NCBI GenBank assembly: GCA_051294905.1
Contig: CM119372.1
Coordinates: forward strand, 39,248,001 to 39,312,000
Direction: 5' to 3'
Source of the DNA: Botryllus schlosseri
Lineage: Eukaryota
Length of the DNA stretch: 64,000 bases
The notes beneath the pieces were generated by a model. The model ran no database searches. It saw only the letters and a program-made list of their open reading frames with translations, and was not told the DNA's origin. This document shows positions 12,912-26,354 of the stretch, piece by piece; the stretch's first letter is position 1, and every line of letters starts with the position of its first letter. The position numbers and the translations under genes are program-made.

Positions 12912-13479
12912 GTCATCACATCCTTCAACCCATATTGGGTTATACGTTACACTACAAATAGAATTTACGAACACTAATGATGGTGTTTCTGCGCGGCAGT
13001 CTGAATCACGCGTTGCCTAATACAGGCGCAGAAGCCTGTCTAATGGGTTATCTACGAATGCTAATCGTTCTAATTCATAAACGTATTTCACGAGTTTAAT
13101 TACAAGTTAAAATCTGATTTAGATCTGTAATGAATTTTGTAAATATTGCTAATAGGATTTATTTTATTATCGAATAATCGTCTTCAACATGGCCCGCCAG
13201 CAATAAATTCCCGCCTCATTATCTAATCGAAAGCTCAATGTTATTTCTAGGAAGGTTGCACGTTTACGTGGTACAGCTTTAGTGTATTTTACATTCGGGA
13301 AAAATTTGCTTTTCAGAATAACCATGTCTTGAAACACGAATGATATGCATTCGCTATGTTACATATTTGATTCTGAATGACTTAGTGATCGCTCTTAAAA
13401 ACATTTCCTGGGACTTCGGTGTAATCAAATTCAACCAAGACACCCATTCAGGGTAGGAAACGATAAACATACTCTAGAC

Positions 13480-15350
13480 CAGTGGTTCTTAACCTTTTTT
13501 CCTCCAGCGCCCCCTTTCAAAGATTATCGTGCTCCAGCGCCCCCCAACCTCATATTGTAAGGAATGTAACAAGGACAATGAGTAAAAGGGAGGGCCGTAA
13601 CAGCACTTCGTCAACCACCCTAAAAACGATTGCCTTGCGCACCCATAGCGTTATAAACCAAACTTCTGAGGGATTCGCCCAAAGAACCCCGTAGCGTGAT
13701 TTCGATGGTCAGCAAAGTTTGTGTGGCCTAATCCTGGTCGCTTTAGGTGCCAAAATATTCTATATTGCATGAATGAATAGGTGGTAATTACATATATATG
13801 TCGCTATAAACTTTTTATCCTCTCAGCCCACGTAATCAGATTTACTAGTAGCGCTGACTGAGCTGTTGTATTGGAAAATAAAGGGCAGTAATTAATAATA
13901 AACATATTCGGGCGTGCCCGTAGGTACAATTAATTCGTTACCAGGGCCGTAACAGCAATTCGTCATCCCCCCCCCAAAAAAAAAACCGTTGGTCTTGGCC
14001 CCCCGTAGGGCGATAAATAAAACTTCCGAGGGGCTCCGCCCCCAGACCCACCTTCGGCTATCCGCTATTTGTTGATACTGGTCATATCTACATTGGGTGT
14101 GCATGTGCATTTACTGAACCAGCTATTCTCGCCTAGACGCGCAAAGCGCGAAAAATTTCAATAATTATTGATTGAATTGGTCAATATGATCGGGAAGTGC
14201 ATAAATATTAATACCAATTTTAGCCCTTTCTCTGCTCACGTAAACAGATTTACCGGTAGAGCTGATTGATGTGTGATTGAAAAGGTAGGACCCCTCAATA
14301 ATAATTATACATCTTAGGGCGTATACCCGTTGGCAGGAACGAAACGACACTTCGTCAGGCCCGCCGAAAAAAAACTTGGGTCTTGGGCTCTCATAGGGTG
14401 ATAAACAGACCGCCCCCCATCACGTTATTCGCTTTTGCCACGAAATCAGCTGTACTGTTTAGCGAGACAGTGCGAAGCGCGAAAATTTTCGATAATTTAC
14501 GATAAAATCGGTCAATAAGATCGGGAATTGCTTATATATTGCTATCAATTTCTTGTCCTCTCTGCTCACGTTACCAGATTTACCGGTGAAGCTGAGTGAG
14601 GTGCAATGTTCCCTCTAAGCTGCGCACGTGCGCAGTGCTGACACGGTCTCTGCGCACAGAAAATCTACGTTGCACACAACAAATCCGAAGTTATGACCAT
14701 TTTTTTAGTCGTTACGCACTGTTGTCCAAGGGTCTGCGCAGTGAGTTTGTGAGTGTGCGCAGACTCGTCAAAACGTAGAGGGAACATTATGAGGTGTCTT
14801 GGAAACTGTAGGGCCCGTAAGTAATAATTAAACATAGCCGGGCGGGCGGACCCGTTGATATGACTTCGTAGCATGATTTCGTGACCTCCTGTCTGCTATA
14901 TCAAAAAATATAGAATCGCCCTACGGAGAAATCTAGTTCTATATATCCCTGTCGTTCAATCGTACTAAACTAAAAGACGCACACTATTTCAAATTGGCAT
15001 TTCTTCACTGACATATTATTTTTCCCTGCCAGATGGAATTCGTCTTCTGAGGTTCAGATTGCCAAGACAGGAACATTCGGTGCCAGTCATTTAGGCGCCT
15101 ATGGACAATTAAACCTATATGTGTTTTGTAGGCTATAAATAACGAAGTTTTCGGTGTTAATTCACTCTGAATACTCATTAAGGATATGTCCTACTACCAC
15201 ATCATCTACTACGAAGCCATTTTTCTCCAGTGCCCCCCATACCGCCCCCCTGAGCCCAGCGCCCCCCATATCGCCCCCTGAGCGTTTCCGCCCCCTTCAA
15301 AATCGCCAGCGCCCCTTGGGGGGCGCTGGAGGCAAGGTTAAGAACCACTA
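13480..15350. mobile_element. hAT Charlie/Buster-like non-autonomous element with internal tandem units
   Basis: TIR CAGTGGTTCTTAACCTT...AAGGTTAAGAACCACTA; TSD CTCTAGAC/CTCTGGAC; its right end recurs inverted at ~61516-61700. Confidence 0.85.
14604..14789 (+). mobile_element. Short MITE, CAATGTTCCCTCT family, nested
   Basis: Similar to 5618-5798; TGAGGTG on both sides. Confidence 0.85.
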
Positions 15351-16194
15351 CTCTGGACAGAACGGTGATATCAAGCACTACCATATCTTTGATGTGATGA
15401 TGGCGGCTATTATCAGGACCCCGGTTATATGATTGGTGGAGCAGGTATAAACGATCTACTGATGGTTAGCCGGATACTTTCATCTGCGTCTGTTCTTGAG
15501 TCACATAACACCCTTCAAATCACCGTGTTAGAGTTGTTAGCGTACATCGAAATGTTGAGGCAAAAGTTATTTCACAATTTGCTACGTTAGATGTGTGTAC
15601 TCCATAAGCAACTGGTGCTCTTTTCAGCAAAACAAGCGGAAATACCTAGTGTTGTATGGACTTATTGCTGCACTTTCCACTGACATCAAGTTACGAAATT
15701 CATCAAATGGACGGGTACTGGCTCATATCATCGTCGTGTATAACTCGGTGAGTCACATCATAGGTTCGCGTTCGTGCGCGCAACTTTACTTTTACAAATT
15801 GAAATGGTGGGTTGTTTAACGCATTTAAATACATGCGACAAAACCGACTTTATGTACGTTTACCGGTATTCTAGTAATTCCTAACTGGGATTGACCTGAA
15901 CCAGTCGCCGTTCTGCAGGAGGTCAAGGCACTCTTGACTCATAAATATGATTCGTGATATCACGCCTGTCTTTGCCATCATTGGTTACAGGCAATAAGGT
16001 GTGATCGGTATTCAAATTGTGACTGTTTTAGTGGCACGTAGTGTACTTTCTGAAATGCCGATTCAACCTCCAATATTTCTAACTAAATTGCAATTGAACA
16101 GCTCCCATCGCGCTGCTGCATTTTGACAGAACAATACGAGACAGTTTCTAAGGCGAAGCGTCGAATTTCAAACTGATCTCTAAAGGGCTATAAC

Positions 16195-16547
16195 TAGGCT
16201 TACCATACGTCCCGCTTTAGGCGGGACAGTCCCGCTTTTTGACGTCTTGTCCCGGCGTCCCGACCAGTCAGCCAAACGTCCCGCTTTTTAAGGCCGGCGG
16301 GTATTTCGGAGTGAAAAACGGTGATTTGAGCTCTGAGCGGAAAGATGACCTTTTTTTTTTAGTCATCCACCTAGCAATGCGGAGAGAAAAACGGTATTTT
16401 TGAGCTCTGAGCGGAGAGAAGACCTTTTTTTTTAGTCAACCGATCAGAAAGTGGGGATAAATTCACCGGTTTTTGAGAATTCTTCTCCGGTTTTGCAATT
16501 TCTGAAAAAGTGTCCCCCTTTTAGATTTCCAAAATATGGTAAGCCTA
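16195..16547. mobile_element. hAT-type MITE (TAGGCTTACCATA TIR)
   Basis: Perfect 13-bp TIR; TSD GCTATAAC (16187-16194, 16548-16555). Confidence 0.9.
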
Positions 16548-16984
16548 GCTATAACAGTGGTCAGACCAATCGGCAGTAAATATTTACCATAGTAATATCG
16601 TTTTGTTTGAGAGTCCAAATTTAATAGCTTGTTCCTTCAAGACTCTATTGAAACGCAGTACTAGTGTGCACTAGTAATATATAGTAATGGATTAGAACAG
16701 GGGTGGACAAACTACGACCCGCTGGCCGCATGTTGCCCGCCTCTGATTTAAATTAACAAAATCACCGCCAATTGTGTTCTTTATCACATGAAAGATTCCA
16801 CGATGGACATTTTTATTTGTGAAATCGACGTCGCGTCTGTTTATTTGAAACCAAAATTACGAGATCGCCTGCTGTGCAGTGGTATAATCCATGTTGGACA
16901 TATGTGTTTTAAAGAGACCGATCCGCGAAAAAAAATCATTTTTAGTACTGATCCGCAGAGCAAATATGGTTGGCGACTTATGGT

Positions 16985-17810
16985 TTGGTACATGGTACTT
17001 CGACCGTAGGGGGGAGGCATTGTGTGACGACAGGTTCGGAAATATCATTATTATATCATGACGAACTTCAAATCAGTTCTTGCAACACTTATGATTTGTT
17101 AAAACCTATCTGAGTCTCGGCTCAGTTTACAATCTGCTTATCACATGTATCAACCATTCTTTGGTAATACGTGTCATTACATATAGAATTCAGGAACACC
17201 GATATTGGGTTATAGTTCTCAAATACTGTTATAGGCCTACCAGGCAGCCTCTTCCAGAAGTCGGGGGTTGTATTAGCATTCACATCGAAGGCATTGATTT
17301 TATGAATAAGGATGTATGCAGCCCAAATAATAATAATTCAAATGAAATTTATATTCAGTTGAATGACTGAAAATATAAAGCAACCCCATATAAAATAATG
17401 TTAGGTTAGGAGGAGTTTAGTATCTGGTTCTTCGACCACGGAGACGTAATGTCTGACAAATTCGGAAGCACTACGTTATGATATCATCTTCATGCAATAC
17501 GCATTGTTTATTTAAAACGATATGAGGCACCATGAAGCCGAATATCTCTTCTTGGCATGTTTGAATCCATTGTGGGTTTACGGTACTATACAAATATAAT
17601 TTACGAGCACCAATATTACCAAATGATAGTTTTGGAATAAAGATATACGCCTACTTTGCAAGCTTTTCCTGAAGTCATAGTGGAATCCACATTGAATGCA
17701 TGAATTTCCAAGGTAGTAACGTGTACAAGCCAAATAACAATAATGTAAATGTACATATTATACACGTTCAGATGAATGAATCGCAGTTGGCCCGATCTGT
17801 GCGCATTTCG
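16985..17810 (+). pseudogene. Two tandem decayed copies of an unidentified coding segment
   Basis: 16985-17370 and 17419-17780 align as W(Y/F)FD...I.EH.Y...IVL...Y.PT.Q..PEV...IHIE...PNNNN...Q(L/M)N, with several synonymous codon differences in the + frame; further copies at 12560-12980 and, inverted, 62040-62320. Confidence 0.55.
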
Positions 17811-18404
17811 TCAAAATTTTCCCTATTTGCTAACACATTACTTCTGCTCAGAACGACGCTCCGTATTGGCTTCATTAAGCATTTTAGTCAATAAACGTCT
17901 GAAACATTTAATTAAACTCTCATAATATTTATCGTGGAGCAGCTTTCACAGCAACTTACTCAGTAAACAAATATCGGGGCTCATATCCTTTTGATAGTTT
18001 ACAAATGTCAGCGGGCCAACTTAAAATTTTTGAAGCGGTTCGTCGGTAGCTTATATAGCCTACATAGGCATCAACGAGAAATTGACGACAAAGTATGTAT
18101 GAATTCTGACTAAACAGAATTAACCCACAATTCGCGTCGGAGCCTTCGGGGCTTCGTCACCCTGTCGGGCAATTCATTGTCTATATCGCGGCCTTCGAGC
18201 AATGCGGTAAGTCGACTTGCTCCACATGATCCATTCGTGGAAACCTCCCTCAAATTATACGATAACTGTGATTTTCCGGAGGTCTGCGACTGTCATGCCC
18301 ACACATTTGATCAGTTCTTCCCCGCTTCTCGCGTCCCAGGATCCTCTCCAGTCCAGCACTATACCGGCGAAACGTATTACCTCCATCTTTGTTCTTGATT
18401 CTAC

Positions 18405-19637
18405 CAGGGCTTTGGAGCCGGAGCCCGGAGCCGAAGCCGGAGCTCTACATCAAACTCAGCCGGAGCTGGAGCCCGTTATTTAAGGAGTAGCTCCGGCTCC
18501 GACGTATTTCATAAGATGCTATTATATATATGCAACAACCACATTTGCTGATTTATCATAATTGAACAGCAGGCCTGAATTTTATTGCTGTTCACAGCAA
18601 TGGCATAGAGTAAAGTGCGTTCTATTGCAACTATGATGTTATCGACAATTGACAAGTATTCATTATGACGTCACAAGCCGGCACGGCGGCACCTATGTCT
18701 TCGTTGCTACATCGGAGTCGGATGTTACTGACGGCTGACAGACTATAGATTACTATAGATAACTATGGGTAAAATAGTAATCTATATAGACCAGGAATGG
18801 CCAACCTTTTAGGCTAAAGGGGCAGATGCAATTGACGAACGAGTGCGCGGTCTACTAGCCGCGCCAAGAGAGTAAAATTTTCAAAGTTTATAAATAAACC
18901 AGGTCAATAATATTATTACTTGAGTATATTGCGGGTCTACTGGATACCGCCCGCTATGCTCAGTTTGCAAGGACACGACTATTCGGCGTCTGGTCAAATC
19001 GATATGGAAGATCTCCGATAATATGCGACAATCATTTTGTGCCTACATTTCACCGTCGACGATCTTTATGCGAGCGCAAACGCGAAAAGACTTTCTCTCG
19101 TAATTGCGAATACAGTTAGACTCAATCGGGTAAATTAGGCGTTTTTTTCATTTTCAGTAGGGGGTAGGCTACCAAGCAAGAAATCGTGTGACAATTAAAC
19201 ACGCGAAGCGTGAAGAAAAATTTCACTACTATTTTAATTTATTGTAATGTACGACGATTTACTGAAAATGTGACTGGACCCTGGATCTGCCAATGCGTCG
19301 GAACTGATATTTTAGTCATCAACATCCCAAGTGTCGCAGCCAGACTTGTAATTTTTGGTTGGCATTGCAAGTTCACAATCTGAGCAATTCATTTTCGATA
19401 ATATAATAGGATATTGCCTGGCGGGCCACGCACAACCCTCTCGCGGGCCAAATTTGGCCCGCGGGTTGGCCATCCCTGATATAGATAGGCCCATTCGATA
19501 ATTTCCGAGCCGGAGCTGGAGCCGGAGCAGTGGTAATAATGCTGCTCCGGAGCTGGAGCCGGAGCTAATGTATGATAGAAGAAAGCTCCGGAGCCGGAGC
19601 TGGAGCAGTTTAAATTTACGGCTGCTCCAAAGCCCTG
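18405..19637. mobile_element. hAT-type element with GGAGCC subterminal repeats
   Basis: TIR CAGGGCTTTGGAGC...GCTCCAAAGCCCTG; TSD GATTCTAC. Confidence 0.9.
18792..19478. mobile_element. Charlie/Buster-like MITE nested in 18405-19637
   Basis: TIR CAGGAATGGCCAACC...GGTTGGCCATCCCTG; TSD ATATAGAC/ATATAGAT. Confidence 0.8.
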
Positions 19638-19740
19638 GATTCTACCCATTGCACGATATGTGGAGTCTGTTAGTTGAGTCTGGTACTTGAGTAGCTTTCC
19701 TGCCACTTTGACCACCTCTAGTTATATACTATCATAATTA

Positions 19741-21297
19741 CACTGGTCAACACTATTTTTGTTGACTTTGATCGGACAATTGTTTCTGACTAAGTTTTGG
19801 GCGTGAATTCAAAAATGACTTTGGATTAGGCACCCACTACATTGTCTCATAACCCACATAATATCACTATTTTTAATATTTTGTGTTTATTGTATAAAAC
19901 GTTTCAAAAACCACCAGCAGTCGAGAGTAAATCAATAGACTTCAAATAAACATTTGCACTGCTTTATTTGGTTGATTTAAACTGATATTGCTTCTACATG
20001 ACAAATAAAGTGCGAGTTTCAGGGTCCAACTTTACGCTAATAACCTATAATTCTGTAGGTTGTCTAGTTTGATACTCGAGCAACAGCGAGTTAACATATG
20101 TAGGCTCCAATCTACTCTTGTATCATACCCTCATCATCTTCAGATGTTGGGGGACATTTTCTCCTTGTCCATCTCTTACCATGTCAAGGTTTTTATGGAA
20201 ATTATTTAGATATTTTAACTTTTTTGAATATCTGCTGTCCGACATAAATATACGGCAGTGACACATGTGAATCGGGGTACACGGGCATCCCTGTTGTCTA
20301 TCCACTAGAAAATACAATATTTCAAAGCTGACACATATGATTCTATCGTGCTCGTGATTTTGCAACAATTCAATGTTTCTGTATTACTATTAATGTTTCT
20401 GTATTATTCACGAAGACTAACTGAGTGTGCAATTGTTACTGCACCAATGACTTTGCCATTTGGAGAATGGCGCACTTTAGGCTCCTTTTTGAGCTACCTA
20501 TAGGCATTTGCCATTCACTTGACTTGAAAATCGGGATTCCCAACTCCTCCGGTAATCCATGGTAACGGTGTCATGCCAATGGCAGTATCACGGAAATACA
20601 CAAAGCTACCGAAAGTAGGCCTACGAACAAAAGGCTGTTTCTCCTGGTAGAAAGTGAGATACCTTATCTACCTTGCCAAGTAATCTTTTTTCACTTCATA
20701 AGGATGTTAAAAGTTCCAAAGATTTCTCTTCCAAGTCCTGAAGCTTATGTCAGATCAATAACTCGTGTTGATGGACTACTCGACGTTCCTAATCAACTTC
20801 GATTTCAAAATTCTCATCATTTCTTCATCTTGATCCAAATTATCGAGCGTATAGGCGTTTCAGGTTATACACTGGATAAGCCGAATGTGGCATTGGACCT
20901 ATAGCTGATGGTTAATGACATGTTTGTTTTTCTTGCCATATCCTGCAGTTTCCATCAAATATGTGTGTGAAATATCCTCGGATAATCGCATCCTCTAACC
21001 AAAAATGGGTGAAAACATCGGCCTAGATCGATACCAGTACCTTCTCCCTACATAATTCAATCGAGCCCTTGACTATATAACTTATTCTATGGTAAAAATG
21101 TGGATTTTTAGATGATATGGAAAAGTAATGTGGCTAAATTCGTGAAAATTTGCGTATTTTGGGCATATGTCGTAGAACAAAAAGTTGACCTGATAGAAGA
21201 AACCAGTGGCATTTTTGGAATCAGCACCCCAAAATTAGCCTAAATCAAGTGCCAAATGAAAATCAACAAATTTTTCGTTCTAAATTGTTGGCCAGTG
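19741..21297 (-). mobile_element. Chapaev3-like (CMC) decayed element with transposase remnant
   Basis: CACTGGTCAACA...TGTTGGCCAGTG termini; minus-strand peptide NNFHKNLDMVRDGQGENVPQHLKMMRV*YKSR at ~20110-20220 resembles the DFFPENLG..SDEQGERFHQDI..ME.RYQGR motif. Confidence 0.7.
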
Positions 21298-22322
21298 ATA
21301 AGTAATGATTCGAATAAATTCGTATGTGCATTGTTGGGGTACGTCCAAGTATCATTTGGAAACATATTCCATCGTGACTAGATGAAAGGCATACTACCGC
21401 CAGAACCGCTCTTCCTCGTCATCTGATCCGCGCAAGGGGTATCTTGAAAAAGCCTAGAAGTGTGCCGTGCTTCAAGTCGGCAGATAGGAAATAATATCAA
21501 ATAGAATATTGGCCTGCTGTAAATGGCCATTGTAGTTATCAAACACCGCGATTATCACAAACAACAGAAACAACAACAACAACAACAGATTACGGCCACT
21601 AGGTGTTCGATTGTGATCCCCGTGTTCGGCGCCGTGTTTCAGCAAGTTGCATTATTGACTTCAATGAAGTTTCGTTTGGTTTGCTTTGCTTATTCCAGAA
21701 TAATTACATTCCGGGATCGACTATCAGCCCTAACAGCTCCATCACCGGAGACGCTCATTGTTTATTGTGATGTGCTTGGAAAGGATTCTTAATCGGGTTT
21801 CATTGATATTAGGATAATCTTCCCCGACATGGCCCTCCGGCGCTCCAAATTCACAACATCCTTTACTCGGAATCCCCGCTTTACTAGAAAGGTTGCGCAT
21901 TTGAGTCGTACAGCATTTGGACATTGTGCATTTCACCAAGGGATGGCTGGTTTACAGACGGTCTAATCAGCGGATTTAACGTAAGAGCGTAAGTGAAATG
22001 ATCCACATATAGTGGCTCTTATTTCCAACTATTTCCGATGCAGTATCATTTTAGACTGTTCAGATCCTTCACAGTTCCTATTACGCAATGATTCTGGCTC
22101 TAGATGTGCATCATATGAATGTATATAACGGTGGATTGAACTGGGAAAGACGTGGTGACCGTCTCTAGAGATATTTACCAAGAGATTCCGGAATACCTAT
22201 TAGGTGGACATTTTGATGTGACCGTCAAATCCTATAGAGCCAACCGCGCATGGTTGAAAGTTAGAACACGATATTCTAGTGAGGATCGCAATGCTCATTA
22301 CTACCGTGTCTTTGCTCTAGCA

Positions 22323-23455
22323 CAGGGGTGGGCAAACTACGGCCCGCAACCCTATTTTGTGCGGCCCGTGAAACCCCCTAAAACGCCAAAAATATTACTA
22401 ACATGCTTACTTAAAATAAAATTGCTGTACTTGCTTAAACTTTTTCTTAATATATTTCAACATGATAATGATAAATTATATTCTTACCGTAGTACTTATT
22501 TATTTCATTGATGGCGCGATAACCCGGCCCTGAGGTCCACGCATTTTGAAAGGCATCAATTGCTAAACATCACAGAAAGTGAAGCGTAGATGACTTAAAT
22601 CGGACCACGACTGTGATTTTAGAGTGGAAACACGAGCAAGTTTATTGCTTTTCGTGCTGTACTTGGAATAACCGATCCACGAGTATGTTACATAGATTCG
22701 TTCTTTGCAGGACCGTAACTGCTGCACCCCATACCCACCAATTAGAGGGTCGATCTCGAAGGGGACCTAACATTATTTCGTGAATTAACATAAATTATCG
22801 AGTATTTTATTGAAAATTTATGCAACTTCTTCAAATTTCTTGTTGCCTATTTCTTGATTATTGTGTACCTATCTACCAAGAAAAAAACACGTGATTTATA
22901 GAATGGGGATTTCGGCGTCGGCATTACCACGCCACGACTGACCAAGTCTTATCAAGTTTTATGTCACGTATTATGCAACTCCGAGAGGTCAGAACGAACG
23001 GCAGCGAGAAAACCTTGGCCCGAACTTTATTTTTATATTATGGAAGCGTATCTAAAAGTAACATAGTTATGATGCTGTCCGCATAGTGTGTCTTGGAGTT
23101 AAATCAAAAGCACAATCAGCAAATCTATGAAGAGATCGCTGCTCACAGACTCAAATTTACATCCAGTTTTAAGAACGTGGACAACGACTTTCGTCCCTAA
23201 TTAGACGATAAGGACGACGAGCTTATAGATTTTCGTCAATGTTTCTGGCGCGTGTACGATATCATCAAATCAATGCATTTTTGAAATATACAAATACATA
23301 ATATTATTTCCATTTTGTCAGTCGTTACATAATATCATACATAATCAAAAGATAATATTGAATTTTAGCTTGGTATTCCAATTTTATATAGTGCGGCCCG
23401 CGAGTGGATTCAAATGCTCATGCGGCCCGCGAGCTAAAAAGTTTACCCACCCCTG
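22323..23455. mobile_element. Charlie/Buster-like non-autonomous hAT
   Basis: TIR CAGGGGTGGGCAAACT...AGTTTACCCACCCCTG; TSD CTCTAGCA; GGCCCG subterminal motifs. Confidence 0.9.
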
Positions 23456-24040
23456 CTCTAGCATGATTTCGTTTTGATGATGGCGGCTAATAAGCAATTC
23501 GCCTGATTGACGGCTCTTTACAGCGATCTTCTGGATAGCAAGCTATTCTCTTCTGCATCTAAGCCTAGGCTTATTATAAATTTATCACCTGATAACCGTA
23601 TTGGGTCGAAAGGGGTTTGAGTTTTCGTTCTGCCAGATGTGAGGTATGCATAATATTTAGGTAGCCTTCGGTAAAACATGCAGATATAGTTTCATTTCAT
23701 CATTTTAATAGAATTCTTATCAAGCATATACCAAACAAGATTGAGACACATTAAAAAAGTCAGATTGTGTTGCGATAAGTATGATAATCACTTCAGGCTT
23801 TATAATTTGATATGGCGGTAAGTTTTCCGCATGCAAATCCATGATGCAAACCCTGCTTTAAACATATAGCACCAGGTACCCTTTTTGCCAATATTAAAAT
23901 GCAAGTGCAAAATAGATATGACATTACAGAACCAAGTTTTATTACGGCAGTTATAACTTGCCTAAACTGTCGACACCATAGTAAGGATTTGATTCGCGGA
24001 TTTGAAGATCGATGATTAATGCACCACCATATGAACTATA

Positions 24041-26116
24041 CACTGTAAAAAATCTGGTAGATTTACTGGGAAATCTCTGTAAATTTTACAACGAATTACC
24101 GGTCGCAGCCAATAACTGTGCGTAGTTTGTAATTATACATTTTGATATGTAATATTACCTTAGTTTAGCTGTGAAGTCAAGTTACCAGAATTTATTCGCA
24201 AAATTACTGACAGTTACTCGTAACTGCAGTTTACCAGGCTATTGGGAAGATTGATTAGCTTCATAATCGCTGCAACCAATATATACGTGGAACTGAATGT
24301 TACTGATATATCATTCTCGTGGTGATTTGACCTGGATTCAGCCTCGTTCGCGAAACTGGGGTGTGTCGTACGGAAATTGTTGGCCCTAGTACCAATTTCA
24401 GTATAGTACATAGTAGGGTACAAGAAACAACTGACAATCGTAGCTAATGTGGTTACACCATAGCCAATTTAAGGCTATGGCTATACGGCCGTTCTCGCTG
24501 GTTACATTCGTTGTTACGGATAGGTCTGATAAGTTAGAAAATAAGTTTAGGATGTATAATATTGTTCGGGAAACTAGAAATATCAGCACCGCACGCTCAG
24601 TTGACCATTTGTTAATGGCGGACCAGGCGACCTGTAATAGGTTACAATAGGTTACTGTTACGCGTTACTGCTTTTTCTGAGTTTCGTAGTAAACAACCAA
24701 CGCACAACTGTGACATCACAAGCAGCGTCTGGTTAAGTAAGTACAGTAAGTAGTGAACATCACGTGGAATATATATCAATTTATACGAAATTAGATGGAA
24801 AAGAAAGGGACTATATGTAATGGTAAATGTTTCTGTATGAAAAAGAAATTATAACATTATAACGTGGCCAGTAAATATTATTGGTGGCATGTCAGCGGAT
24901 GAATACCACTTATTTCGAAATCGTTCGAGTGTCGTATCGTCGTCTGGCCATTATTGAGATTTGAGCAAAGGGCGGAGCGAAGGTTGTTGTGCTTGAAGAA
25001 AGTGGACACTGGACACGATCGTGAAAGATTCCTAGGAACGCTGAATGGGATACGCATCGTAAAAGGTACAGTAGGCTACTACATAGTATTTGTTACGGTG
25101 AATATCTGCGACTGTGCAGTGTGCTCACCACATTGATTTCATGATAGAAATATTTCATTCGCCGCATTCTCTGTTCTATTTTGGGATATTAGTCGACTTA
25201 TATAGTGACCTGTGACACCACATACTCCGCCGCGGAGGAGTTGAAACTGTTGGCTTGTTCATGTCATTTTCGGGCCATAGCATAGAGATGTTTTCATCCA
25301 CTGCTGGATTTGTTTGGCACACATGCCACCTCAAATGAGGAACCATTTGCATCAATACATTAGATAAAGTTAATCATGAATCTCTGAGCTATATCATGTA
25401 CAAGGCGGGCCTTCGTTACACAATGTACCAGTACCGGTACTTCAAAACATGTTGTATTTTTGTTAGCCTATTTGTCTTAAGTCTGTATAATGTCATGTCT
25501 AGGTTAGGAACTTTGCTTTAGATAGCGACTTACTCATGAATTCTTTTTAGTGGAACTGCAAGATACTAGTTACACAGAAGGAATGAGGACGAGAAAAAGA
25601 AACAATTGGAAGTTTGGCCGGTGGTGGAATTAATTCACCTTTTCTTGAGACCACTCGTGTTACTGCATGTCTCCTAAGAAGAATTAGACCTCCAGCAGCA
25701 ATACTTTCCCATCGATAACCACTTCATCGTGATATCATGAATGAATATACAGTTTGTTCCAATGTCGTTTTGGGAATGTGAAGAAAATTTTGCTATATTT
25801 TAGTATCGGGTTGCTTTGCGATAGGTATGGATGTACGTGAATTTACAAGCTGGTATGTAATCCTGATTTACAGGGACAGCATGTAGGTAGGTAGGCGGTA
25901 AAATGACAGTATCGTTAGTAAATGTACAGGAGAACATGTAGATTGGATGTACTGGAGGTGACTGTAACATTACAGTCTGGCCTGTAAAGTGGGATTAACG
26001 GACGAGTGTAAGTTAAATTTACATTGACTGACGGTAATGTCAGATTACCACGAAATGTCTGGCTACCGTGCTTCCAAACATTTCGCGGTAAATCGAGGTT
26101 TTTATTTTTTACAGTG
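24041..26116. mobile_element. CACTG-terminus (EnSpm/CACTA-like) non-autonomous element
   Basis: CACTGTAAAAAAT...ATTTTTTACAGTG, with TA on both sides; TTAC/GTAA-rich subterminal regions. Confidence 0.7.
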
Positions 26117-26354
26117 TAGCTGGTAATATAAACACTTCTCTGCGTTTCGGATTACAAGGACTTTGCCTGAAGTAATTTCCGGAATGAGGATTAAAAATTA
26201 TGTCACGTCTGCGCTACCTAAAAGTCAAGAATTAAACGAATCACGTGGAGACAGAATACCATCCTTTTGATTGAACACGTTTAATCGTTTCACAGGTCGT
26301 GATATGTGTGAGAATTTCACTCTGTGATGCTATAGATATTGAATTTAGTTCAAG

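Noticed and set aside
16985..17780. Minus-strand reading as signal peptide + FNVD (integrin-alpha-like)
   Set aside because: Synonymous differences between the copies fall in the plus-strand frame; the hydrophobic stretch is the antisense of an Asn run
18990..19100. THAP-like LCLHFTVDDLY...KRL peptide
   Set aside because: No N-terminal CxxxxC or W; related sequences at ~54310-54410 and 63200-63310 do not keep the motif
21523..21792. Poly-Q ORF
   Set aside because: Explained by a short (CAA)n microsatellite with no other support
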